From the human T2T-CHM13v2.0 reference genome, Homo sapiens: a DNA stretch of 64,000 nt. The DNA lies in the NCBI RefSeq assembly GCF_009914755.1, contig NC_060926.1; one strand, given 5' to 3'. Under the pieces are notes generated by a model that saw nothing but the letters and a program-made list of their open reading frames with translations, did not search any database and had not been told where the DNA came from. Below, piece after piece: positions 27,946 to 42,164 of the stretch. Numbering within the stretch: the first letter of the stretch is position 1; every line of letters begins with the position of its first letter. A program made the position numbers and the translations under genes.

Positions 27946-30044
27946 TTTCAGGTTAAAATTGAAAAAAGTTATTTAGAAATTATAAGAAATCCTTAGAATA
28001 TAATATTTTCAAGAATAAATATATATAGTATGATTCCAATTTTATGTGTGAGTATAATCTTCAGGTGCCCAAATTATTGGACACAAAGTGGTATGATTTT
28101 AGAAAAGTAGACAAAACAACAGTAGGACAAAACTGACTCTAATAAAAGAATTCTGCACACACAAAAATAAAGAAGAAAGAAAAGGAACAGGATAGCAATG
28201 CCCCAAAGAGAGCACCTGCACCAGGTGGTCCTGCCATCAACAAACTCAGGAAGCCAGTCCGAAGGTGGCCGTTGGATGTATAGGGTAAACTGCTGCACAG
28301 AGAAGCTGGCTACAGCCACTACATCCCCTACAGATTAGAACCCACAGTGGCCTCAGACACAACCTATCTCATTTACTCTGCCAACTAAGTTAACCTTGGA
28401 ATTTAGAGTATGTGATACTCTAAACGGGGAAAAACAAATTCCAGAGGTGCATCAGGAGTTTTACCAGAACCCTGGTAAAATCTCTCCCTCTGAAGCAAGG
28501 TTGGCCTGAAACTGCCCTTAGTTCTGAAATTGATAAGGACCACATCTTAACCATTCATCCTCTCTACAGTTTAACGATTCCTCCCAATAAAAGGTCATGC
28601 TTGCAGGACTGATCGGTTGGCCAACAGGATTCTCAGCATAAAAATTTTTAGACATTTCTTGGTTGATTTGGTTGAACTTCTTGTGTGAGCTAACATTTAT
28701 CAGGGAAGATTGGGTAAGTTGGTTTATGAAAGCATAGGGGTCGTCAGAGCCCATTAAGTAGGCACAATTATTAATTAAACAAATGAAGCTCCTCTTGTTT
28801 ACCTTGATTTCCCTGGGGTTCCTGAGGATGCCTGCTCACAGCTTCATTACCAGCAGTCTCTGGAAGGGGTTCCAAGGATTTATGGCTGCAGCTTTAGCAG
28901 TCAGGTTGGAGAGCTCCTTCTGTAACTATGTGACCTAGGAACAGAAAGTCATTCCAGCATGCTAGAGGCAGGATGTACCTCAGAATGCCATGTGTATGCT
29001 CTTTCTACACTGAAATGTGCTCTGTGAATTTAGCTAGCACTTGACTTTGCGATTTGGCTGCATAATATCAATAGAAATTACTTGCAGCCTGTCTTTATTC
29101 CTTTGTTTCAGATGACACCTGATTAGAATTTTAGCAAAATCCCACCTATAATGGTTCTATATTTAGACCTCCACAAAAGACAACACTGTTAAATTGTTGG
29201 ACCTTGAGCTAGCACTGTTTTTATAAAGATGTCGGCACCTTATTTCTGTTTCACTGTTGTTTTTCTTAAAGTATATTTTAACTTCAGAATTCTATTTTGA
29301 CAGTTTATTTTGCAGAATGCTGTGTGGCTCGGAAATGAAAACAGAGTAAATTCTTGTTTCCATTAGAACAGAAAACAGGCTCCAGAGGGGCAGCTTAAAC
29401 CAGACCTTATAAACTGAGAGTGGGCCTTTGTGGGCCTTCCGATACCCCACTCTGAATGCTGCAAGTCCCCTGATGTCTCACACTAACAACGTCCAGTCCA
29501 GCCAGAGATGCTCCAGAGAAAAGACTGAAGCCATCTCACTGTGTCTCGTAGACTGACCAACCATGCCAGTTTGCCTGCTACCGAAGGGTGTTTTGGGATA
29601 TGGAACTGTCACTGGTAAAGCTGGTAGAGTCCCAGGATACAGGCCCAAACACTGATAATGGGACAGGCCCAGGGAGCAACACATTTCACAAAGAAATGCT
29701 GGAGCGATGTCATCATGAGGTTGCTGTCCACGGCCATTAAGTGAAATGTCTTTGTATCTTTCCAGTCATTCGTCAGGTCTGAGTAACCTCAGCTACCCTG
29801 GATTCCAGCTCTTCTTCTGTGAAATGAAGGAGTAAGTGGACCGGATTCCTCCCAGGCCTCCTCCAGGTCTAACACTGATGTCTGGCTATCATCAGCAGAT
29901 AAACACTGTAAGGGAAAGCAAAGGGAATCAAAAGAAGCAAAAGGGCAACACTTCAAGTCAGATCACACTTTCTTCACTGCAGAAGAAGAAAAATTGCTGT
30001 TAGAAAATGGATCCATTATTGATTTTAGCAACTAGAGAGCTAAG

Positions 30045-30222
30045 CAATAATAACTAACATTTTACAACACATCAGTGCATAAAGCATTTTCACACATATG
30101 CCCATTTGTGATTCTCAAGACATATATCCAACACACATAAAGCAGATCTTGTTATGAAATCCATTTTACAAGTGAGCAAAAAAAGAAACTCAGCTGTGAG
30201 GAGTAACTTGCACGACCTCAGC
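30045..30222 (-). mobile_element. MIR SINE
   Basis: ccattttacaagtgag...gaaactcagctgtgaggagtaacttgcacga. Confidence 0.65.
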
Positions 30223-30235
30223 ATTGTCAGAAACG

Positions 30236-30445
30236 GCCAGGAGCAGAGCCTCTGGGGTTGGGCTACCTGGGTTCGAGTCCCGGCTCTGCCCTTAACAGCC
30301 ACGTGATATGTGATGGTCCTGGCTGTACTTTCGGGTTCTCCTCTGCAAAGTGCGGGTGGGGTTAACATCCTTTCTACCTCACGAAGTTGTTTTGAAAATT
30401 GAATATACACATAAAGCCTTCAAACAGTGCTTATCACATCAGAGT
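30236..30445 (+). mobile_element. MIR SINE with an intact Pol III B-box
   Basis: acctgggttcgagtcccggctctgcc (B-box at 30270-30280)...ctacctcacgaagttgttttgaaaattgaa...aacagtgcttatcaca. Confidence 0.75.
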
Positions 30446-31898
30446 TCCCAGCATTATGCATCACCACCCACTACTATCTAGTACGTGAAACTAGATTTAA
30501 AAATAAAAATGCATATTATCTCAGGGATAACACATAGTCCTGAGGACTTTGTTTTCAGACACTCTTCTGCCATTAACTAACTGTATAAACTTGATCCCTG
30601 TTTTGAATTTAATTAAAACTACTAAATTCCTTTTCTGTTTGTCAATATTTTTTGTTTCTAATGCCAAGACCATTTAAATGCATTCCTCATTTTGTACTCG
30701 GTGCACAAATTACTTGCTGAAACTTACAGAGTAGAGAAATAGTTGATATAATGAAATAGAAACTATAAGTTTTACTGTAATGATTCCAAAGTTTCAGGTG
30801 ACATATTGTCCCTCTAAATATACGCACTATTCAGCTAGTGAAAATCAAAGTTAAATAATTTCATTTTCTGATGTTGGTTGTTTATTTTTGTTTTAATTTT
30901 TTAGAAAGTTGTTTAAAAGAAATAGGACTGCTTGCCCTACATATAATGGATCCATTATAGATGAATATCTTTTTTCAAATACTAGTACTTGAAACTAAAA
31001 AGGCCATTTTAAAATTGCCCATAAGTAAGTTTGACATTTGTGGCTAATGTCTACCTCCTTTGACTCAGTAATTCCATTTCTGGCAAAATGTCTTAAGAAA
31101 ATAGCTTGAAAAAAAAATTACACACAAAAAGGACAGCCCACTGGCATTTAAGTGATTTTTAATGTGGCACTCTATAGACATGAGGAAATCTGATGCTTAA
31201 AACCAGTGCATGAAGTACGAATGGTTATCCCTGTTGCCACACGAGGAAGGTGAGACTGAGAGGACCTGCCCATGGACCAGGGCTCCTGCAGGCAGGAAGA
31301 GGATCTGCAGCCGCATCCACATCACCTTTCATTCCGTGCCTTCTTCATTGCTATGAAGATCAAGCAAGATAATGTGCATCAGGTGTTTTGAGAATTACAA
31401 ATATTATCAAAATGAAAGACTACAAGTGGCCCTTTTATATCACAAGACATAAAACTCTACAAGATCTCAAAAAACAATTGCATCAAAATTTAATTAAGAT
31501 CATTTACATTTAAAGAGATATTTCTATTCAAAAATTTTAAGATGCATTTTACAAGTCTCTTCAGAATTTCTGTTAACAGTAGGGGCATTTCTATTTAGTA
31601 GAGGCAGTGCCTTTTCAGTCTTTTGACAGTAGCAGTGGTAACTGTGAAATGAGCAATACAGCATAATGGAGAGTAATGTCTCATCTCTAAGGAGGAAAAT
31701 CTTACGCTTTGACGGGATGTGACAGAGCAATCCTTCTGTGATACTACAAACCACTTCTCCAACATGCAAATGTGCTAGTGGGTTAAGTAAGGAGGGGATA
31801 GCACTGCTTTGAATTCCATTACTTAAGCCCGTTAAAACGAATAATGAAAATAAAACCTGTCCCTTTCTGCTGCTCCCTGTAACTCTCTTGCATAAATA

Positions 31899-32625
31899 CA
31901 GTGGTTTCCAAACTTGCTCACACACTTCTATCCTTAAGAAATTTACAGCACATCCTCTCAAATTTTTATATTTATGAGTTGTGCATCTATACTACCATCA
32001 TTAACCAAAATCTTAATACCAAATATACTTTACAAGTGAGGAATGTCAATCACAATTTTGATTACAAATATACTTATCAATTAGATCAATACTGATCAAT
32101 TAGAATTTATTTTGATAGGTTTCTTCCTAGATCTGACTAGATTGTCATGGTTTTTAATCCATGATGAGGCTGATGAGGTGTTCTACTAGGAGTAGGAGAA
32201 AGGACAGCACTTTCTGTTTCTTGCTCACTTTTGCTCTCCTATCAACAGTTTTATTACTATCTTCGGTCTGCAATTATCTTACAGGAAGCTTTTGTAAGTC
32301 TCTTGTTGATTTTATGAAAGTTAAACAAAAACAAGTAACATAATTCACAAAAATGCTTTATTAGGCACTGATATATTACAATGTATACATACAATGATGC
32401 ATTAATGCATAGTGCATACATAGAATGTTTGGTGTGTCATTGACAACCTTCTACATTGTAGACCTCCTTCCCTTGGTATATATCACAGAACATGCACCAA
32501 ATTTGAGTGCTGGTCTCAAAGCATATTTTGGATACTTTACAAATTTATTTAAGTGAGCTTTGTTTTCTAAATATAGATTAATACTGGGCACACTCTCCTA
32601 AAACTCCTCACTTTGGAGACTAATG
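31899..32625. mobile_element. Probable hAT-Charlie DNA transposon remnant
   Basis: Left TIR cagtggtttccaaac and degenerate right TIR cactttggagactaatg; AT-rich interior; TSD not recognisable. Confidence 0.45.
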
Positions 32626-32806
32626 CTTTGACTTACATCTTTATAATATAGTTCTCCTTTCAGCATTGCAAGGTCATTGAAGACAGTTTATTAAGCTTTG
32701 CATCTGTTGTGCCTAGGGAAGAGCTTGACACACATCTTGCACTTAGTAAACTTCTTGGATGAATGAATGAAAAGTATTGACATTCCACCTTACTAAAAAC
32801 ATCTAA

Positions 32807-33090
32807 GGCTGGGCACGGTGGCTCATGCCGGTAATCACAGCACTTTGGGAGGCTGAGGCAGGAGGATCCCTTGAGGCCAGGAGTTCAAGACCAATCTGTG
32901 CAACATAGTGAGACTTTGTCACTACAAAAATATTTTTTAAATAATTAGCTAGGCATGATGGCATACACTTTTAGTTCCAGCTACTCAGGAGGCTGTTGTG
33001 GGAGGATCACTTGAGCCAGGAATTCAAGGCTGCAGTGAGACAAGATGGCACCACTGCACTTCACCCTAAGTGACAGAGTGAGACTGTCTC
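32807..33090 (+). mobile_element. AluJ
   Basis: Dimeric Alu with J-type features (gaggatcccttgaggccaggagttcaagacc, aaggctgcagtgag). Confidence 0.92.
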
Positions 33091-33229
33091 TCTCTCTATA
33101 TATGTATATATATAAAATATGTGTAGAGATATATAAATTTCTCTCTATAGAAAAGTAACCTTAATCTATCATTCAGATTAAGATTTTTATATAGATGTAT
33201 TATATATAATATATAATAGATGTATTTTT

Positions 33230-33263
<34 letters not shown>

Positions 33264-33293
33264 TATGTACCTATATAAAGAGAGAGGGAGAGA
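33086..33293. repeat. Low-complexity (CT)/(TA)/(CA)/(GA) tract in place of the Alu tail
   Basis: Runs of tc, ta, ca and ga dinucleotides. Confidence 0.85.
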
Positions 33294-33774
33294 GTTACAA
33301 GTAGTCATAGTTTCAATCAACCAGCAGCTTATTGAAAACAGTATATTTCAGTGAAAACGGCTGGGGAGTAATATTAATTTTTTTATTTTTATTTATCACT
33401 TCCTCATTGTACATCCTGTTATAGAAATGACAAGAGCCCTCAGCATGCTCTGGCCTGAACCACTTTATGTCGGTTTCCATGAATATTTCTTTACAGGTTC
33501 TCACTCTAGACTACTGTCTGTCCAATTATTTTTCCTATCTACTGACTTGCTATTTGAGGAAAAAGTATTACAGTTTCACTCTATCATATTTTTATTTTCA
33601 TTTATGTAAAGATAAAAACATCCTTATCTTAAGGTTGTTTGTAACATTTTGTAGAGATATGTCATTGTACATAAAATGAAGAACTTAGTATCATTATTTC
33701 AGGTGCTTACTAGGTTTACCATATGCCAGATTAGATATGAGCCAGATTTTAGGTCCTGCAGTTTCAGGAAGTGC

Positions 33775-34010
33775 TAATAATAATGGTAATAAATAATATT
33801 CGATGGCCATTTTCATGGTCATACTAAGAACTTTACATGCCATGGAATAGATCCTACGATTGTTTACACTTTCCATATGAAGAAACTGAGTCCCAGAAAG
33901 ATTAAGTAGCTTGCCAAAGGTCACATAATTAAAATGTGGCAGAGGCTGCTTTCACAACCATGGCATCTGAATCTAGAATCTGTGATTTTAGGCGCTAAGT
34001 TTTCAACTCT
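33775..34010 (-). mobile_element. MIR SINE
   Basis: gaagaaactgagtcccagaaagattaagtagcttgccaaaggtcaca core. Confidence 0.8.
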
Positions 34011-34235
34011 CTTGAACTGCTATCCCCAATTACCTACCATGAATATCTGATGTACTAATCAAAACCCTATTGGTAACGTTACTAAGGACAAGCTTTTGTT
34101 CCACCAGATGGAGTCTTGTGACAATCTGAAGATGGTCACCTCATAGGAGTATTGAGTAAAGCTGACCCCCACCAACATATTTACTAGCAAGACTAGGAAG
34201 TCTAGGAATTACTCCAATTAACAGTGGAAATGTAG

Positions 34236-34544
<309 letters not shown>

Positions 34545-35843
34545 AGCAGTACTTTTAAATAACACATATACTAAGAATTATTTAATATATTTACTAAAAT
34601 AAAACCAACATTTTGATGAGTGGCATTTTATTATTTTTCTGAACTTTCACTCTCCCAGTGGACACCAAACTCCAGAATACAGAAAACACAGCTCTTTTTT
34701 CTTTTTGTGTCTTTTGCTTCCTCACACAGCACCAAGCACAATACCTGCACATTCTCGAATGGTTAGCAATGGATTATACATTTTACTTTGTCTTCTTTAA
34801 TTTTCTTAGTAGTCACATTAAAGGGAGCTACTGTGTTCCTAGAAAGTGCCTGACAATAGATGAATGCAGGGATGGATGAACAAAGGAACACTGTGAAACC
34901 CAGTTACCGCAAGCTTGTTGGACCAAGTTGAAGCTTTCTTATTCAGATTCGCCCTTTAAACTATTAAAATATGGTAAACATAAGGAAATCAATCATTTCT
35001 TAATCAGTATAAAATAAACACTCAGGGACTGCCTCTTCAGCTCTCAGCTAAGAATGACTGAGTAAAAACTGTGACTTCACTGGGAGATGTGAGAGAATTA
35101 CAAGCCCAAGTCAGGAGGGCAGCTGCCTGCACAGTTTTACATTTCTCCAGACAGTGGACATCACGTATATTTATGGGCTTTCGGAGCAGAGTACTCTGTA
35201 ATGCAATTTTAGCTCATCTAATTGAGAAAGAAAAATGAAGACTGTTTCCCAGGCATGTCTGCGTAAGCGTTCCCTGAATCCATGGTATTTGTATCAATAG
35301 AGGAAGTCATGGAGGTAAATTGAATTTATAGACTTGTGAAGAATAAATCAATTTCCCATGGAAAAACCCTAATACCAGAGCCTATACATAAGCTTCCTCC
35401 TTGGCTATTTTTATTTGTGCTTGCTTAGAGCATTGTAACAAAATAGGGAATTGTGGCAAGTCTAATGGAGTCATTTTGGGCAATGAGACCATTTGAAAGG
35501 TTTTGCTCTAATCATGGGAATTTTCTATTTCCACAATAGTGCCTTGGCTATACCGCAAGCTATAGAATTCCCATAATTTTTGCTTGGCTTTTGGATTTAA
35601 AAAAAAAATCACTCTTAGGAAATTAAAATGGAAGGGAAAAAAAGGAGAGGACTTTTAATAATTTGCCTTTCTAACATTAGTGCAAATTCCTTCTTATATT
35701 CCCCTAAAGGTTTACCTTTTTTTAGATTAAAAGATGTATTTGAAGATATAGACAAAGCGTGAAATTTTGGAAAGGCCTGTGTTGACCCAAATGACTAAAA
35801 TGAACAAGATCTACATCTTAAACAAATAGATATCTTTCCATAT

Positions 35844-36225
35844 TGCACCAGGCAGGGCTGCAGCTAGAAACAGATGGTACAGTCCGAAGAGCTGAGGGAA
35901 GATCGATAGCAGAACTGCTCACACATGTGTGGGCTCAGCTAAGCATGAGGCAGTGAAACATGCCAGAACCAGCAACCCTCAGCCTGTAAGGGGTGAGAGA
36001 ATGGGGCTGCTACCAGAATAGAATGCAGCTATAGAATAGGGCCACGTAGACCAAGCCGGCTGGGGCCTGGCCAAGTCAGGATGGGGGAGGTGGGAGAAAA
36101 TGCCCTTTCCTTCCTGCCTATCCATTTTCCAATCTCTTGCTGCCATCTCCCAGTGTCTAAACCCAATCAGAAGTTGGCATGTGAGAGGTGTTAACTTGTC
36201 CAAGATTGAAACCTGGGGGCTGATC
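35844..36225 (-). mobile_element. Ancient ERVL LTR (LTR33-like)
   Basis: caggcagggctgcagctagaaacagatggtacagtc...aacccaatcagaagttgg resembles the reverse of LTR33-type LTRs. Confidence 0.4.
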
Positions 36226-37169
36226 ACCAATTAAAAAAAAAAAAGAAGAAGAAAAAATAAAAGCTGGCGTCCTTCAACGTTCCTTGGGAAATTGGCCATC
36301 GCCCAGTTCTTAGGAACGTCAATCCTGTGCAACGTTCCTGTGCAACATTCCTCTGGGTCTTGGACCCCCAGAGATAGTAGTTCCCCCATACACTCACACA
36401 CTCAACTGACAGAAAAAGGCCAAAGTCAAAGTGTTTGCCACACTCTACTGCAATTGTGCAGCCCCTCATCATAGCTAGAGAGGGATCTGTGCTTCTTGGA
36501 TCATGCAACTTAAATTCCCTTAGCTGTCATTGGGCTCTCATAACAACTCCCGACTTTGCTAGACCTCTGTGTATTGCTCTAGAATTAAGTGAGAAATGAG
36601 GAACCCGAGTGGATTCCATCTCCTGACTGAGACTTCCCCAGTGAAAGCCTGAGATGAGTGCTCTCTAGTCATTCGCTTTTTTCGCACTCAGCAGGGAAGC
36701 CAGATGGATGCAATCTGAAGAGGTCAGACTCCATGCAGAGCAAGATGAAAAGTATGCGGATTTAGAGGCAGACTATGCCAGACCTCATGTTGGGTTTTGG
36801 GAGTCTCTCTCTCTCACTGTCTGTCTCTCATTTAAGTTGTATAATCCTGTCCACAGTTTATGCATTAGAACCTTAAGCTGTGAGAGACTGGGTTCTAGGC
36901 TCAAGCTCAGGAAGTGAGCATGCTAAGGCTGCCAACAGGGTCTCAGCAGTTGATGGGTCACAGCCAATCAGAACTCTGTCCAGGTCACATTTACTCCACT
37001 GTGACTGATTTCACTTTTACAGCAGCACTGACAGGGCTCAGGGAGATAGCTGTTGACAAAGTTGATTTCTGCCCATCTCTGTTAGGGATTGATCACTTTG
37101 TATTTCCCATCATCTTTATATTTAATGTATTTAATGTCTGGCAAATCCTCGGGATAGCAATACTAGCAA

Positions 37170-37380
37170 TCACATTAATAGCTACCACTTAAGAATTTTC
37201 TATATGTGCACCATTTCTTACATTTATCTTCTATTCTCTCAACAAGCTTATTTGGCATTTTAAGTATTTTATAAAACAGTCTTAGAGAAGATAAGTAAGT
37301 CGCTTACATTCCCACAGATAGTAAGTGGCACAGCTCTCTCTAAACCTAGATTCAAACTCAGTCATTAAACTACACTTTAG
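37170..37380 (-). mobile_element. MIR SINE
   Basis: ttaatagctaccactt...gataagtaagtcgcttacattcccacagatagtaagtggcacag. Confidence 0.55.
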
Positions 37381-39926
37381 CACACTAATTGCAGCATTAT
37401 GAAATAGCGCAAACCTTAAGATAAATGACTCTTTTCTTGTATTCCTGGAAACCGTTAGGTGACCCTAGTGTCTGACCCACGGGCCAAAGTGGAAAAAAAA
37501 GTATCAGAGGTCATAAAATGTTTAAGCTGAACAAATCTTTAAAGACATGATAGCTAACCCCTTGTTTGAAAAATGGGTTTTAGTTTACTGACATCATACC
37601 TAGAACCTAGAACTCTGACCCCAAGGCTATCAAGCTAAGCTGGAACAGACCTTCAAGTCCCACAGATTAAAACAGTGAGGAGATGTGCAACACAGTGTCA
37701 CTGGTGAGACTGCTGTCTACAGAGACTTTCACTATTTCTAAGAAAGAAAATCTGAACCGGTAAACACTGTTTTTCTCTGTTTCTGCCAATAACCAAACAA
37801 ATTTAACTGCTAATTCCCCACCCAATTAATACAAATTAAGACCCCCTACCACTTCCTTTTTGACTGGCATCACAATAATAATTCAGGGGTATTAGAGTTC
37901 CTGTATAGAAACCTGAAACCTTGGCATAGACACCTAATCTCTGTGTGTCCATGTCTTCATTTATAATATGATGATGACAGTACCTTTCCTATTTCACCTC
38001 AAGGTTATTATGACGATAGAATGACGGAGCACAGAAACTCTAAGGATGCTAAATTATATGTCTCTGATCAAATAGCCCATATGTAGTGTGGATTTGCCCT
38101 GTGCCCAGCAGAATGTTAAGTCACGCAACAATAAGAATCCGAGTTGTTAAAGGCCTTTGAGGTCCTTGAGGAAAGAAAAAATATTGTGTTATAAAAATGT
38201 ACGCTTAGTATAAACTGTCTTCTCATGCTAAATGAATTTGATTTATCATACAGCTCCAAACATGCTCCTATGTGGCTGCCCCAATATGTACACAGAGCAG
38301 CTGTGTGGAGGATCAGAGGTCTGTTGTAATATCTCATGGGACCGCTATGCCCTCTTATGCTTTTAAAGGGATGTCGCCATATTTCAAATTTGAATTTAAT
38401 AGGCTGAATTATGGTCACATGTATGAAGATCAATGATTACCTAGAGGCATATCTAAGAATATGAGGACCATTGAAACAGACTGCATTTTGTAACTGTGAA
38501 ACCCAATGAGTTTCAATACTGTGCAAGCTCTCAAGAGAGAAATTGCTCATCTAACTCTGCTGATTAAATTCTGCTGTTTACTTAAAGGTGGGCATAAAAC
38601 CTTTGGGAAAGAAATAAATGATTTAAAAATCACTTTAGGTTCCAAACCATTAACGGAAGACTGATGAACACAACTATTCCCACTGAACGTATTTTTAACC
38701 AACTCATCATTTTAAAACTCATTTAGTCCTGATTTGTGTTAAAAAGTGGACACCATTGATTGTTGCTTTTTCAGACTACAGATCCACATACACCAGGGGA
38801 AATACCTAATTGAGTAGCATTCAAAGCTGGATCTTAATTAACTAGAAACTAGAGGCATGTTCATTTTTATTATATGTAAATAACAAAGTGACCCTCAAGC
38901 AAGAGGCATAAACCCCTCTGCATCTGAAAGTCCTCAATGAAGAATGAAGGGGAGGGGTTAGATGAGTCCTCAGTTCCCTTCCAACTCCGACATCCTTGGG
39001 TTCTGAGATTTTTCCAACACAGTGAATCCCAGTAGGCAGCAAAGATAACCAGGGCAATAGGATCTGTGGTGTTGCACATAGCAGTTAACCACTTACGGTG
39101 TATTCCCCTATACACAGGTCATTGAAAGATGCTACAATTGAATTGTGCTCTGTCCACATTTTTTTGTAGTTCTTTGCATTCACAGTAGCTACTCCGTCTC
39201 TCTTTGCTCCATTAGCTCAGCTGGGGTCTGAGAACCTACAGCCAATTCTCTCCAGCTGAGGCCTCTGAAGCACAGCTGCAAATAGATAGGTTGATGGAAA
39301 GTCTGGGTTCATTCCCAGAACTGCGTCTTGGGGTCTGCACCACTGCACAGGGATATGTCAAGGGTCAGTTGCCCAGCATGTGGCAAAGCCCTTTGTGCTC
39401 ATGTGAGGAAAAGTATTCTTAGGGGAAAAATTTCTACTAGCATCTTATAGGCCAAAGCTCTAGCACAATTTTTCTTAGATTTTTTTTTTTCAAATTCTAA
39501 TGAAAATAATAAACCAAATTCTCTACCTATCCTTCCTTAATAGACAAATGTTGACTTCTCTAATTATCGCCTTGAGACTTTGTGTGGGCTTGTTTGTTAT
39601 CAATGGAAAAGGTTCCATTCCCACTACAATGTGGAAAGAAGATACAATGAGACCTTCCAAAGGCATGCATGAGGAACAGGAAGCTGTGGCTCCTTGGCCC
39701 CTGTGAAGTCTTTGCTTTATGGCAGTTATGCAAACTATGGGCAGGGACTGAATTGTCCTCCGAAAACCAAGGGCACTGGGATGAGAGGGAGGGGGAGGGG
39801 AAACCCAATGGCATCAAGAGAGGGACACTTCATGGAACTGAAGGAAGACTCTTGTGGCTGAAACTCAGAGAACCAAAGAAAAGCAGGGCAGAACATCCAG
39901 GGACTTTAACTAGTTTGTTCTAAAAC

Positions 39927-41178
<1,252 letters not shown>

Positions 41179-41184
41179 CCTCAG

Positions 41185-41895
41185 AGTAATGAAATGCCAT
41201 CAATGGAAATGGCATGATCAGATTTGTTTTACATTTCTATTTTTTAAAAATTGCACAGCTGCTTGTAGAGAAAGGATCAAATAAGATTACAAACTGAGCC
41301 TGGGAGATGGACTAGAAAGCTATTGTAATTTTGATGTAGAATTGGATAAAAATAAAAAGAAAGTAAGAGTAGTTGATAAGAGAGGAGATAAGGGATACAG
41401 GGATTCATTAGCCATGAGAGTGACTCCCAAGTGTCTGCTTTGCACAATTGAGTAAGTAACTAGTCTTTTCAGTGAGACCAGAAAGGGGAAGTAGGTTTGG
41501 GAGGTAAAAAGTCAGGAGTTAAGCAGGACATGTGATATTGAAGGAGCTGTGGTTTTTAGATGTCATTACTAAGGAGTTGGAGCTTAGTGAAAGCTTACTA
41601 TGTAGTCTAAATCTGAGAGGGAAAGTCTAGAAAGGAGATATATAACTGAAGTTATCAAACAGTAGTTGAAGCCTCTGGGAATTACCAATATAAACTAGGA
41701 AGAAATTGTGGAGTAAGACAGGGGTCTAAGCATTGAGCCTGGAGAAAATTCAGTAGTTGAAAATGTGGTAAAGGCAGATAATCTAAGAAAGAAGGCTGAG
41801 GCTATGTTGCCGGAGAGGTAGGAGGAAACCAGGAAGATGCTATCATGGAATCCAAGGCACAGTGGCTTTCAGGAAAAATAAGGAGGTCAATGTTA
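41185..41895 (-). mobile_element. L2 LINE fragment
   Basis: ggcatgatcagatttg, gagtgactcccaagtgtctgc, gagaggtaggaggaaaccagg are L2 antisense motifs. Confidence 0.7.
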
Positions 41896-42164
41896 AGTGG
41901 TAAGGGAACCTCAAAACCACCACTGCAGGCTGCAGCTGTGCACAGCTGGGGATGTCTGTCAGCCACAGGAGTCTAGCTGCAGTTTCTTTTTCATAATATA
42001 GGACAAACCTAGGGTTTATCTGAATACAGCTTCTGAACTTGGGTGAAAGTACATCCCTGAGACATGGCCACACATACTTAAACAGCTCCTGAGGCTTCTT
42101 TTGCATTAAAAAATTCTCATACCAGGCTGGAAAAATTTCCACAGTGCCAAAAAATAGTCAGAGG

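Noticed and set aside
29090-29350. Splice-acceptor-like polypyrimidine-AG sites (also about 16820-16839)
   Set aside because: No convincing paired donor or reading frame; such motifs are common, and transcript data would be needed
35511-35577. Imperfect inverted repeat atgggaatt...aattcccat
   Set aside because: Only a 9-bp perfect stem with a large, poorly paired loop; not a credible pre-miRNA or MITE
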